Source: Chrysomallon squamiferum (lineage: Eukaryota > Animalia > Mollusca). From it: a stretch of 64,000 bases of DNA. The DNA lies in assembly GCA_012295275.1 (NCBI GenBank), contig CM022672.1, forward strand, positions 11,966,001 through 12,030,000. The letters run 5' to 3'. How positions within the stretch are numbered: the stretch's first letter is position 1; each line of letters starts with the position of its first letter. Below, piece by piece: positions 40,586 through 55,299 of this stretch. Both the position numbers and the translations under genes were made by a program. The notes beneath the pieces were generated by a model that worked only from the letters and a program-made list of their open reading frames with translations, made no database searches and was not told the origin of the DNA.

Positions 40586-42552
40586 ACATTAATATATCTA
40601 TATATATATTTTTTTTTTTAAATTCTTATCGTTTAAGTAGGTTAAGAGTTAAGGAATAATAAATTTGTTTTTGATGAAATAAAAAAAAGTTGTAATATGT
40701 AAATAAAATATTAGTTCCCAAGATATGTATTCCTTAGATCTTTTCTGCTTCAGTTGCACAGTCTTCGAAGTAAAAATTGTTAGAAAAGTAATGTATATAA
40801 AAAATAAAATAAAAAGACAAGGAACATTCACTTAATATTTACAACAAAAAAAAAAAATAATAAAATAAAATGATAAATAATAATAATAATAATAATAATT
40901 AATAACAAGGAAGTTGCTTTGTATATAGATATTTTTTCTTCAAAGACTAGAAAATAAAAGCGAAGATTTTTTTTTTTTTTTGCAGATATTTATTTTTACA
41001 ATAATCTTCAAACACAATTAAAATACTGAAGATGATGCTTTTGTCTCAAGAAACATTTATTTTTATAAATGTCTTCAAACACATTTAAAACATAAAAGAT
41101 GTGTTTATGTCTCAAGAAATATTTATTTTTCCAGCAATCTGCAAACAACTAAATACCACCACACACCTGTGCATAAAATAAACAAAGTCAGTGAACGTAT
41201 TTACCAAAAACAACAACATTAGGATGGTTAAAAAAAAAAAAAAAAAAAGGCTGAAAATTCTTATAGAAATATTTGTTAATGTAAAAACTGATGTGAGATT
41301 GGCTTTTTCTTTTATCCATGGACAAACAGAAACAGTACAATAATTAGACTGTAAGAGTTTTCAGAGACATGCCTGGCAAACATAACCATTGTCCTCAATG
41401 CTCAGTTTTAAATCTTGGCAAACATATCCAGCCATTAACATAGGCATGTTCACAAACGTTTGACCAGCAAAGTTTCACCCAACAAAAACAGCCATTTGAA
41501 GAACTAAGACTAAAAATAAATTACATCAATAAATAATTTTATAAAGCTTGACTCGTATAAACATTTTTTTTTTAAAATGGTGTTGTTAATAAATGTACAT
41601 GCAGACCAGTTTCTTTTCTGAAGATTTAATTTTCTAAAAATGTATCTGTATGCATAGGGTGGGTACACATTGCCATGGAATAGATTATTATATCCAAAAT
41701 AATATTATACCAATATGCATGAAATGATAACCGTTTAGGAGAAAAAAATTATGAAGAAGATTTGACAACAAAAACAAAACCAAAAATGAAAAATAAACCA
41801 AGAAACTTCATCCTCAATGATGACATTTTACTCATGTCAGCATCCTGCATTTCCCTGGTCTGTACTATCAGAAGAACATTGACAAAAGAACTGGCTCAGT
41901 CTGTTACGGTATTTGTCAAAGGAAGCGTTGGACTGCCTATTATGTTTTGTACTTACATTTTGTTTCATTACAAGCAATTAACAGCAAAGAAACTTTTTTT
42001 TTTTTGGCATATATTTTCCAAAAATACAAGAGAAATTAGATCATGGCCTCAATCAAACTATTTTTTTTTAAACTGAAGTAATAGGAAATAGACACAACAC
42101 AATTTACTATCACCCAACAAGTCTCTGGAAAGACTTCTAACAAAGTTCTGGCCTGAGATGGGAAGCATTCATCACTCCATGAGATATGATTCTCCTCAGT
42201 GTGTCTGATATAAAAGTGTACTTATACTTGAACATTCAGCAGTCATTTTTACTGATGGAAACTGATAGAACTTGCTGCAAGTTTTATGAAGAAAAATGAG
42301 GCAACATCTTCATGCTGTTTAGATACCACCCATGAAGGGTTATAAGTCAAGATAAAAACCACAAAAAAAAAAATTTGTCAGTGCAAGCCAGGGTGAAAAT
42401 AACAAGATTAAATAATTTGATATTTTATTACCTTCCCATCAGCATAATAATAAAAAGATAATATTTAAAATTCTGATGAAATAACATATATATATATATA
42501 ATTATTATTAAGTATCTACAACTTTGATGGAATCATTAATAAAAATAATAAT

Positions 42553-42555
<3 letters not shown>

Positions 42556-42603
<48 letters not shown>
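42556..42603. repeat. (TAA)n microsatellite
   Basis: Read directly. Similar runs lie at about 1803, 9993, 14390 and 54567. Confidence 0.97.
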
Positions 42604-42604
<1 letters not shown>

Positions 42605-43965
42605 GTAAATAATAATTCATGAGAACCATAAATTCCCATATGAATTCCATATTCATAAATGAATTACCTTTTGGTGCAAGCAATGCCACTATAATGTCAT
42701 GAAAAAGGAAATTAACAATTACCATCAAAACCATTTCCCTAAAATCAAGTTTATTTACAAGCACATTCCCTTCATCAGACGTCACCAAACACTAATTTAC
42801 AAACAGTTTTAACCTCTGAATACATTTTATTCACTTCTGAACAATTCTTATTCTCTGGTAAAAAAAAAAAACCCAGTTCAGCCAGTGTGAAAGAAAGAAA
42901 GAGAAGACCGGTAACTTCACTAACGCAAAGTGCATTCATTGTATGTAACGTTTCACTCCAGGCAAAAAGAAGATACTACCATCTAAACAGCAAGACATGA
43001 TTGTGTCCCTTGGTCACACTGCAGACAGCAATGGACACCTCCTGGCTGCTAATCTGGGTATGTGGTCAGATAACTCAGCTAATTTTCCTTTCTCACCACA
43101 AAACATCACCCTGGGCCATTCTATTTCATTAACAGGATTACAGCAATGCCTTCAGCCATCTTTAAACTTCTCTCCAGTTTCCAGATATGGAAACCTAATA
43201 CAGCAGCTGAGATTTTTATTGTCTGTAGGCATCAGATTTTTGCATAACAAATCAGATTTCTGTGCAGATCTTTTGGCGTGGCTGTTGTCATGTCGACAGT
43301 ATGAATACATATTTTACCTTATGTGTTGAGTGAAACAGTAAATGAAAATATATTCTTTGACTGAGTGTATATTATTTTGTATAGTTAATTTTATCATATT
43401 TATCATCATCATTATGTTTGTTGTTAAAATTAATTTTAGATTTTCGTACAAAATGTAAAATGCCTTAAGATGTTTTATACTTCTAAATGGTATGTAGATA
43501 TATGTGGTGTGTTTATACTGTGGCATTAAGAAACTGCTTAAACAAGCCTCTCTTTGTGAAAATATGCTGTTTTTAGTATGAAGTGAAAATATATTTTTCA
43601 ATATATATATGTGTGTGTGTGTGTGTGTATGTGTGTACTTTGTCTTAATATCAAGGGCAGGAATAATGAACTGGTTAAAAGAAATGCAATGAAAGCAGGT
43701 ATTTGAGATTTTATGAAAATGAGATTGATATCCAAACATATTAAAATTTCATAGTAATTTGTCATGCATTTATTTAGCAAAGTAATTTAACAATTTGATT
43801 ATCACTGAGAAAAAGAGAGAGAGAAGAGAGATAATTAAAATACCTCAAAACTGCCAGTGATAGATATTGCAGATTATTAAATGTTATATTTTTCACATAT
43901 TTTAAAATTTACCTCTTCATTATTTTATATTGTAAGAGTCATGTTTAAAAATCCCAGACTTACCT

Positions 43966-43968
<3 letters not shown>

Positions 43969-44014
<46 letters not shown>
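43969..44014. repeat. (CA)n microsatellite
   Basis: Read directly. Confidence 0.97.
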
Positions 44015-44015
<1 letters not shown>

Positions 44016-44913
44016 AAAAAACACCCACATACAAAAAACAACCAAAAATATATTTATTATAAAACATGTTTCAAATTTCATAAAAGAATATAATAAATCA
44101 CTAAAATTATGTATCCATGATGCAATTTAGCTGTAAAATACTAATTATTATGCATGTTAAATATTATAAATAACGATATTATATAAAAAAAATAAAATTT
44201 AAGTTTACAAAAAACAACTAATTTTGTGACACAGTTGATGAAACAATTTTTAAAAACGTGCACTAAATTCAAATTTATGGTACATTTCATGCATTATTCA
44301 TTAAAACAAATTAGAAGTGGTCTCTTGATGAAAATTCAATTGTTTCAAACCCTGACACAGAAATGAGCAAATATTAACCAGAGATTGCTGCTATTCGACA
44401 TGAATCACTTTGTTTTGGCCATTTAGCATTGTCTGATGACTGTCAGAAAACTACTGACATTTCTGACCCTGCAAAAATGCATTGTTGTATTCACTGAGAT
44501 TGTGTCCATGCAAAATGTCACCAAATAATTGTGCAAGAGCTCTCCATGTTCTCTTGTTATGCAAAGTACTTGTAATTATTTTATTATTTCTTTTTCTTCT
44601 GCTCTTTTTTTTTGTCAGCGACATGTATAAAAGATTCATTTTCTTTCAGTTGGATCCAACATCCGCCATTCTTTGTAATGCAGAACTCTTACATTTTTTT
44701 TTTCTTTTTTTTCCATTATTCACCCCAATTTTAAAAAAAAAAAAAATTTAAAAAAAAGGAAGAAAGAAGATTTATTCTTGTTTGATTGGGCCTTACCCCT
44801 CCCAAACCCCCTCTGTTTTCTTGTATTGTTTTCCATCCTTTTTTTCTACAGTGACATTTCCTCTCAGTTTATAAAGATTTATTCCTGTCCCATTATCCAA
44901 AACACCCATATTT

Positions 44914-44960
<47 letters not shown>

Positions 44961-46709
44961 TACTTTTATTACTAATAATATATTCCTTATAATTTTATAG
45001 GGTTCTTGATCCAAATCCTCCTCTATATTCTTCATATTTAATAAATTTGTTGTTCTTTTTCCACACTCTGCCCTCACAATATATAAAGATGTATCTCTTG
45101 TTTTGATGGGAGATCTGCATCCCTTTCACCATCCCAAGTTTTCTTCTTAAACAAACTACTCATATTTCTCATCTTTTTTTTTTTTTTTTTTCCCCCACCT
45201 CTGACATCCTACTCCCCAGTTTACAAAGATTTATTTTAGTTTGATTGGTAACTTATATCCCCCTTCCCTGTCCTACACACTCTTTTTTTACACGAAGTAA
45301 TTATTTTAACAAGTTTCCTTTTTCCTTCTAAACCCACAACCTTGTTTTCTTTTATATAAATTACTATTTAATTTAGTTTCCTACCAACAACAAATCCATC
45401 TCCTGCCCATACTTTTCAAAAGATTTATTTCTGTCTCCTTGGTTACTCACTCCACCCCCAACCCCAAACTACCCACCCCAGTTATGTTTCAATTTTACAT
45501 TTTACAAACACACACATACACCCATAAACATATCCACGCACAAACACAAACAAATATAAAACACACACTCACAGGCACACAGACACACTCACTCACTCTG
45601 TCTCTCTCTCTCTCTCTCCCTCCTTTTCCCTCTCTATCCCTTTCTCATTCTGTGCAGAACAATAAAATCAAAGTTTTAATCCTGTTCCAGCGGCATTTGA
45701 TTAGCACTTTTGTGAATGCCCAAGACCCCTCCTTCCTCATCACAACAGCAATTAACCTCTCCTGCAGGGACCCAGAGACCTGAAGGAGAAGCAGTCATTA
45801 TAAATTTCTCAAGCACTTGAGTTTTTCAAAGACTGAGACGTTTTCGAATGCACAAGAGACATTCACAATGAATGAAATGACATGTAATCCTGAGAGAAAA
45901 CATGCTGCAAGTGCAAAAATTCCCACTGCACTGAGTAATGAAAAATTATGAACTGCTTTTTGAATTTAAATTGTTTAAAAAAAAAAAAAAATTAAAAAAA
46001 TTATTATCATTGTCTGGTGAACAGTTGTACAGTCTTGAGAGACTTAAAAATAATTTAAAACTTGATCTTTTATTAGTTTTTAAATTGCAGTGTTTAAATC
46101 AGGTTCACGTATAAATTCGTTTTCAGAAAGTGAATAGAAAACCTGAATTGCCATTGTTTAATTCAAAATTGACCAGTAACATTTTTTTTTTTAAAAAACA
46201 TGAAAAAACAACACTTATTTAATTCAAAATTAAACATCAGTAATTTTTTATAATTTAAAACGAATTAATTTTTTCTTATTTAGTTCAATATTAAACATCA
46301 ACAATTTTTATAATTCATAACCAACCTAATCCTTTATTTTTCTTTTTTAAATATAAAAAATTATAATAATTCAAAATTAAACAGCAATAATATTTATAAC
46401 TTAAAACCAACATAACACATTTAACAAAAAAAAAAAAAACCTAAAAACATGGACAATGGGTCTTCACACAGACACAATTATGTAATTTTACATCGGTCCC
46501 AATCCACCGAACCTGATTTCTAACACGAGATGACAGTGGAGGCAAATTTCTGTTGTGTAACCTTCAATTCCACCTCTTTGTTTAAGGTGGCGTCGTGGAG
46601 CCAAGTACAAATCTCAGAGCCCGGCAAATAACACAAATTAGTGAAATTTCATCACCACAATAACATCTAATCAGACACTGTCAGTTTCTGCCGAAAAGAT
46701 TTTTGTGAC

Positions 46710-46771
46710 ATCACCATGGTAACACGACATTCATTATTGTTCGATTAATGACTCAAGTTGCCTTTGGTAAC
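46710..46771. promoter_or_regulatory. Two RFX X-box-like sites flanking an AP-1 site
   Basis: ATCACC-AT-GGTAAC 46710-46723 (one mismatch), TGACTCA 46749-46755, GTTGCC-TTT-GGTAAC 46757-46771 (fits GTNRCC-N0-3-RGYAAC). Confidence 0.5.
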
Positions 46772-49700
46772 CTTGGTGTCAATGTCTTGCTAAGATTAAG
46801 GTGACATCAACTGACTGCAGGATAAGGAGAAGTAGAAACCTGAATTGTTTTTCTATTTTTTTTGTCTTTTTTTTTTTTTTTTTTTGTCTCTGACAAAATG
46901 ACAATGAAATACATCATTGTCAGAGAAATAATGAAATCACAAAATGTAATCAGCCATCAAACAGGGGGAAAAAAAATTATTTCAAGAAATGAAAAAAAAT
47001 AAAAATAATAATTACTATTTAAATATAAAAATATCTGCTGCCCCACTGTAACATTAAAGCTGAACTGTATGATACCTAGTCTGTGGTGAATGTAAATTTT
47101 AAATTTCACTGAATGCTCCTGTTACTATAATCGTCATCATCATCATCACCATTATCATCATTATTAAATTTATTTTGTGCTAAGCAGGATCTAATCAAAA
47201 CACCTAGTTTAATCTTGTATAGTTTAATCTTGTATTTTGTAAATTACTATTTATCGGAATAACATAAATGCAAATAATTAATTCAAAAGCTTTGAAAATT
47301 TACTCCATTAAAATTAATAATATAAAACAATAAATTATTAAATAAATAAACAAATAAATGATACTGTTACTACTACTAAAATACTACCAATACTACTACT
47401 ACTATTAACAATAAATGTAAAGTTTCACACATACACACACAAAAATATATTTACATTATGTGTATCTTCTCACTCTTACTCCCTCTTTCTTTCTTTCTTT
47501 CTGTCTCTCTCCCCCTCCCTCCCTCCCTCTCCCCTCCATCTCCTGAATCATGTATATTTTTATGTACTTGCACTCAACACATTACATGGGCTCTGGTACA
47601 GGAAATAAAAGAAAACGGATATTTGTTTTCACTTAAGATTCTGTTTGCCACGTGAACGTACAGGTGCAAACATCTCATAAACAGGTGTGGCTACTTAAAA
47701 CCACTTTTATAGTGACATAACAAGCTGCAAGCTTAGAGAAAAAGTCAACACAGCTTCTGACTCTGCACAGAGCGTCTCGATATATCTGTCTTTGTGACAT
47801 AAAATATACGTAATAAAAATTAAAGGTATGTAAATAATAGTCTCACAAACTCCCAGATTGCACTGAAACAGCTTGTCTGTTTATTTTGTTTTAAAAAGTT
47901 TTAATATCACAGGTGCTCGAAATAGTTCATTATGACATGTGTTTCGAGCATGTTTTCTTCATAAGCCTGATGTATCTAACATGTTTTTAATCTGCATATA
48001 TCTGCACAGATAATGAATGTGTGTGTGTGTGTGTGTGAGTGTGTGAAAAAAAGAGATCTGTCTGAATGTATATAAGCATATGAATGCATACTAGTTTGTT
48101 TGTTAATAAAGAACAGAAACAAATTAAATGTAACTTTATTGGACAAAATAAATTTGGTATGGGGAGTTTAACATACAGTCATTGGCTATTTTTATATATA
48201 TATATATATAAACCTGAAAATGGTTTTAAAATATTTTTGTTTATTTCAAAAACTTCTAAGAAACAAACTATAGGTTTTATGTTTAACAAAATAAAATTTT
48301 AATTTAAAAAAAAAAATATATATATAATAATTTAAAAGGAAAATAAATTAAAATAATAAGGCAAGCTTAAACTATCAAATAACCCCAGTACTGCTGTAAC
48401 AAAAGTACAAGCTAAATAATCACACACCTTTTAACTTTGGAACTCTCACAGATGAAGAGATTAATTTGTTATTTGATACTTCCACCCTCTTTTTTTTTTT
48501 TTTTTTTTTTTTCAAATGATGACTTTATTATTGTATCAAAACACCAAGCCAAGGTTTATGGTTTATTGCTTGCAGTAAAAGTCAATCTAGAAGGGTATTA
48601 TTGTATTATGTACCTGCTTACTTATTCTAAATACATTCAGTGCCTTTGGCAAGGTGACATTCGTGTCTTTTCAAATTCTGGCAAATAGATATCAACTTGT
48701 GTTTCCTGAATTAATGAGTTGAAGGTTTTTGTAAGTATCTGGATTTTACAGGTTTTGGGGTGGTCTCTGTTGACAAGTTGAATTACTGGTTTACTTTATT
48801 ACAATAGATTGAAATAATACTACGTAACCCAGACCCTGACTATACCAGAATACATGAAGGTTTGTTGACAAGTTAAACAATTCATTTGTTTTGTTACCTG
48901 GACTAAAAGAAAAATAAACATTGTTAAATCTGTCTTAACCTGAACCTGGACATATCAAAATCCTTGAGACAGGTTACATAATCTGGTTATTTTGTTACAA
49001 GAAGAAAAAGAATAATAAATACATCAGGACATATATAAACCAGACTCTGATTAAACCAATATCCTTAAGTTACTGTATATTTTCTTATACAAGCTAAAAC
49101 AAAAAAAATCTGTTTAAACCTGATCCTGTTTAAACCAACATTTTAAAAGTTACTGTGTTGATAAACAATCTATATATGTATTTTATACTAACTGAAATAA
49201 AAATATTTAGTGAAATCTGTGTAAACTAGGCACTGATTATATTGGCCAAACTTCACAGTTTTGAATTTGTTCTTATTTAAACTATGATTAAAAACTTGAT
49301 AAAACTATAAAATGCAAAATGTTTCAAAAACTCTTGGATTTTTTTTTTTTAATTATTTTTTTAAATATTTATTTTATTTTATTTTATTTTTTGCTCAGAA
49401 ATGTAACATTCTTTATTGATTAACCTAATCAAACTAGCATAGTATAAATAAAGATCTGCAGATATATATATAGATATTTATATATGAAGCAGACAGAACT
49501 TCTAGGAAACAATGGTCAACCTGCCTGCATCTTTATTTAGAGAAAGCTTTTCACAAAAACAGAAAAATTATTATAAAAATATACTACATAATGCACATAC
49601 TAAGCAATAATGAGAAAAAAATTAATGTTAAAAGCTTTGAAAGTTTACTCCATTAAAATTAATGATATAAAACATTAAAAAAACAAGAACAACAACAAAC

Positions 49701-49949
49701 AAATGAATTAGAAAATAAATGGAAAATATTAATAATAATAATATGTAAAAATAAAAGAAAATAATGAAACTAAAAAGAAAAAAGAAAAAAAAGATTTTAA
49801 AGAAAAAAAAATGTATGTATATAATACCCAGACATAAAATAAGGAAAAACATGGAATTGTAATTCAGAGCATTATATATAGGTACAATATCTGAAAAAAA
49901 TATTTTTAAAAAAAAAAACCAACAACAACAACACCACCAGAAGACAAAA

Positions 49950-50165
49950 GCAGCCAGACTTCTCAACAGACTGCGTGCGGTTCCTATCAGCTGCACGACA
50001 TCTGCACATGTAATGAAAATTTCATGGTCCGCGTTACTCAAACCTTCAGCACCCGAACGCGTATTTACAAAATGATGTATGTCTTTCTGTCAACCGTCTT
50101 CAGCTTTACTGCAGTCGAGTCAAAAACTTGTCACCTTTCGTTGCCGCTTTTACGACTTTGCCAAG
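49950..50165. promoter_or_regulatory. CpG-densest island; possible unmethylated promoter, 5' UTR or enhancer
   Basis: About 13 CpG in 185 bp (hand count), including CGCG twice. Confidence 0.4.
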
Positions 50166-52363
50166 TATCTCTCATAACAAACACATCTATTTCTCATACA
50201 CAAAACAACACATTTGTTTTATAAGTTAAAAACAAAAAAATTTAATTTTTTTTTTTTTTTTTTAAATTTCCCATTTTTATGTATTTGCACAGTCCTGTGT
50301 GGTCCAGTTTAAAGTGTAAACAAGAAATTACTGAAACCGTGGAGAAAATGTAATGCCTCAGCAGGCAAGAATTTGCTTCGGAGATCAGGCTTGTAAAACT
50401 GCAGTTTAGAGTTCAGGCAAAGGGTGTGCAAATTTAAGTATTCCAAGATTGCGATCTGTTCCCACTGCTTGCTCCATGTTGGTTTTCAAAATTTGCGAGA
50501 TATTCTTTAGTTGTTTTTAAAAGAAAATAAAAGAGTAAAAATGAAAGAGTAGGTGGAGGCAGAAAAAACAAAGGAAAGAAAACACAGATGGATATGTTTC
50601 GTTTTCATAGCATACAAGTATGCAGGATGTTTGTGATGTTATGGAATGTGTGTGTGTGTGTGTGTGTGGTGCATGTATCTACATATATGTACATAATTAC
50701 ATTTTTATATATGTATGTATTAATGTACGAATGCATGTTTGTATTTATTTAAAAATCATAACAATGAAAATTTAACTAAAATCGTGCAATCATTTTGAAA
50801 CTCTTTGTGTAAAAATTTCATTATTTCCACAAATATTGCCTTGAAAAATTCTTCTTGCTCATCATCATAAAAACAGTTTGAATGATGACAATTCCATTCA
50901 TCTATTTTGAAATGATTATCCACAAATACCATTATTTCTGAAATTTTCATGCATGCCAATTATTCACAATCAGTTTGTAATCATAATAAAATTGTTAGCT
51001 GCAACAATGAAAATGAAACCCTGAAAAAAAAATTATAACCATCAGAATTTCTTTCACCGAGTAATGGTGAAACTATAGCTCTTGAAGTTGAGAGATTTGA
51101 AAATGATTTCTCTTTTTTTTTTTTTTAAATTTTACGAGAAGAAATTGCTCTAACACATTCTGTAGAAAAGATATCATTTACTGTAAAAGCATGTCCATCT
51201 AACTGACACAAATGTAAAAATTAAAAACTTTAACAATCTGGTTCTGTGCTCACAAAATCTTAGTCTACAGCAATGACAAAAAAATAAGAAGAAAAAAAAA
51301 AAGAGAAAAAAATAAAAAAGAAAGAAGATATTCAAAAAAAAATTAAAATCTGTATGGAATGGTTAAAACAAAGAATTGTAAGTCTTTGGTTATATTACAT
51401 TAAAGGATTCTACACAAAACAAAAGAAAAACAAACTTAAAAATGAATACAATTATCTTACATTTTATGTTCACAGATCTGAATAATAAAAAATAAATAAA
51501 TAAATAAAATAAAACATTTGATATTCTTTTAGAATAAAGAATGTAAAATAAGAAGAAATAAACCACAGTTCACCCAAAGAAAGAAATCTTTGTCATTAAC
51601 TTCGGGTTCATAGGTCTAACAAAATTTAATTTATTAAAAGAAGATAAAGTTTTAATTTATTAGTTTAAACTTTATTGGACAGATGAAAAGACAAGAATAA
51701 GGAAGAAGAAGAAATTTGTTCAAACTTTTGCTGATTTGATGAACTTGAAAATCATATCTGGATAAGAATTGTTTGTAAAATATATGTTCCATTTTGTTTT
51801 AATAATAATAATATTAATAGCAGCCATCCTAAGATAAAAATGCTATAAATTTAAAAGCAATCTTTTTTTTTCAGAATAAAAAAAGAAAATAATACTAATA
51901 CCAATAGAATGAAGACAATTATTTTTAACAGGTCATAAAAGAAAGAATTAAAACAGGACACATAACAAATTTACACATGTCACTGAACATTAATTTATTC
52001 TTTCTTAGACTCCTTTCTTGAAGAGTAAGTGCTAAGGGACATAATTCTCTGCACTGGGACTATCATCTTCAATTACAGTAGTCAATAAATCTCACACAAA
52101 AGCCAATAGCTGATCAATTTAACTAAAATGTATGATAATGGAGTGTTTCTGATGTCCAAAAGAATTTAATTATAAATCATAAACATTAATAAGACTGCTC
52201 CATCTTAAATATCAAAATAGGTTTTTATCTTTTAAATAATAGCAATCTTAACAATGATGTAGTAAAAGCATTAAAATATACATGATTAGATTTTATAATG
52301 TTTAAATAATAAATAATTTTAAAAATTAATTAAAAATAATAACTAAATGAATGAATAAATGAA

Positions 52364-52398
<35 letters not shown>

Positions 52399-53404
52399 AA
52401 TGATAAATAAATTAAAAATAACACATATAACAGGATTAATCAATATTAATTTAATTATCTTGGCTTCTGCTTAGGACACACATGCAAAGACAAAGACACT
52501 GAGAGAGAGAAAAAACAGAAACAGAAAATAATAATTAAAAAAAACAATAGCAGCAACAGACTTCGAAAAACTGGGGCCTATACCCACCTTCACCATCAAT
52601 GCCAATACTTACATACATTATTACAAAGCATGCCCTCAGCATTTGCTTTCACTGAACTATGGTGTAGTGCAAAAATGCTTCAGGTATTCATTATTTCAAC
52701 ATCCTGCATTTTACATAAATAGAAAATGAGCAAAACATAACACAAACCGATCATCAGTGTATTCTCCATGTTTTAAATAAACCGTGTTGTTTGTAAAACA
52801 AACAGAAGTAATAATAAACATCTTTATTTTTTCATCTTCCAGAAAATTACATAATATGCACAAAAAAAGAAAAAAGATAAAAAGATAAAAAAAGACCCAA
52901 AAAAGCAAAGATTTGAGAATAGATAGACAAAACAAACAATATGTTTACAAGATTATGCTCTGCATGCAACAAAGATAAACTGAAGGTTTTAGTTTACACA
53001 ACACTCTTATTTATTACTATCTTTTTGTTTGTTTTACAAAGAAAAGCCTAATTTGAGATTCTAACAGTAAACAACACAAAGTGTTTTTATGATGCATCAA
53101 ACCATCATGCATATTTCTCAGCGTGTGCATGAACTAGTGGAAGTTTCTCTTAAAATTTTTTAAAAAAAATGTTAATACTGAACTATTTCAGAAATAAAAC
53201 ACTAAAAATAGTAACAAGGTTTAATTTTCATGCAGTTGTACTAGAGACATAATGTAAAACTGAAAACTTTAATTGTATTGGTCTACGTGTAATGTGAGTT
53301 TTAAAAAATGTAGTTCTTTATCTTTCTACCTTCTTGGCTTCAGTTGGAAATGATCCATTAAAGGGTACTGAATGTAAATTTTATCTTTCTGTATGTTACA
53401 TGAT

Positions 53405-53540
53405 GAAATCAGTGGGTAGTAAATGTTAAATAAATTGTTAATAGTATGAATCAGTAGATCATAAAGGTTAAATAAATTGCTAGTAAAATGAATCAGTTGA
53501 TCATAAAGGTTAAATAAATTGTTAATGATATGAATAGGTA
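53405..53540. repeat. 43-bp tandem repeat, 3 copies
   Basis: gttaaataaattg..a.ta..atgaat repeated. Confidence 0.85.
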
Positions 53541-54582
53541 AGCTCATTTCAGATTTTGAGATTTAATGTAAAAAGAAAACAGACTGCAACTACTTCATTC
53601 AGTGTTTTTTTATTCAGATAATTATTTGAGAAACTTTGAAGGCCAATGAAAATATAATTTAAATATTGAAATAATACAAGATATATTTTTTTTAAAAAGA
53701 TGATAGAGAAAGAAGCAGAATGTTAAATATTTCTGTCAGAGTCAAAGAAAAAAAGAAGTTTATGTTCTAATAATCATAAACTGAAATCACTATAAAAATG
53801 TATTTATTTTCAACACACCATTAACAGTTATAATAATAATAATATTACCACTACTATACTAGTATTATTATTATCATTAGTTATAATCATCATCATATTG
53901 ATCATTATAGTAAAATTTCAATTTTAACAATAAAAAGAAGGGGGAAAAAAGTTAAAGCAAAGCTTTGAACAACAAAACTGTAAAATAATTTCCTAATCAG
54001 TTATCATGCATTTAAAAAAAAAAAAAAAAAAAAAATGCCCCAAATAATTAGCTCTCTTTCCTATCAATTAATTTTAACAAGTCCAATCGATAATGGGGGA
54101 CAAAAGCCTGAAATGAATCGTGTTAGAGAAAATAAAAATCTATTCAGACTTCAAGAGATAACAAGCACAAAACCCAACAATGGATTCAACTGTACACGAA
54201 GTCTCTGAATGAAGAACAAACTCGACAATGGGATTCAGCTATGGATGAACTAGACGAACAAGCTTTGACAATGTCAGCATAATCCCGTTTCCTTATTTCA
54301 ATGCATTAGTATTAAGGCAATTTTCTGTTTTAAATTCCTCCCTTTTAATTCTCAAACACAAGCCCGAAGATCCCAGACAGATGTCAGAGAAAGTTGATGA
54401 AAATGAAAATCTCCATTTAAAAAAAAAAAAAAAAAAAAATCCTCCATCTTTAGACTCCATTAAAGTTTTTATTAAAATTATTTTTAATAAAGGAAATTAT
54501 TAAGAATCCATTTTTTTTTTTTTTTGGAGGACATTATGCAGACATTTTATTATTATATATAAAATTAATAATAATAATAATA

Positions 54583-54633
<51 letters not shown>

Positions 54634-55264
54634 TAATAAAAATAATAATATTATTATTATTATTAGTTGTTGTTGTTGTTGTTATTATTGTTATTAAGAC
54701 TATTAATTTTTTCTAAAGGCTGTTTTATTATTTCAATTTTATTTTAAAAAAAATAAAAAAAACATTATCAAGACTGTTACATCATTATTATTTTTTTTTT
54801 TTTTTTTTTTTAAATAACGTTATCAAGACTCCATTTTATTATTAAAAAGAGGAAAAAAAAGAAAACGACATTGTCTTGAGGTAGCCTATCAGTGAAGATT
54901 ATACACAATCATGGAAGGGGACAAGGTGCCCATTAATCACACACAAAAAAATGATGATTAATTAGAAAATATGCCAGCACATTGACTGGGCTCTGGGCTC
55001 AAGGCAAGTCTCCAGATTTCCTTTTCAACAAAAGAGCTACTTTAGAGGAAGCAATTTGTCAGCTGAATTGTAATTATCATCATACATGACTTGTGTCTTT
55101 CACTGCCAACCCCACAAAAAATTTAATAAAAACAAAAGATTTTAAATGATAAATAAATGCTATTATGTTAATATAAGACACGCATGAAGAAAAAGAAAAA
55201 TTTTGAATGATGAGTAAATATTATTATGTTGATAAAAGACATGCATGAAGATGTTTTTATTTTT

Positions 55265-55299
<35 letters not shown>

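Noticed and set aside
50045-50062. TTCAGCACC, left half of an RE1/REST site
   Set aside because: Right half GGACAG is missing.
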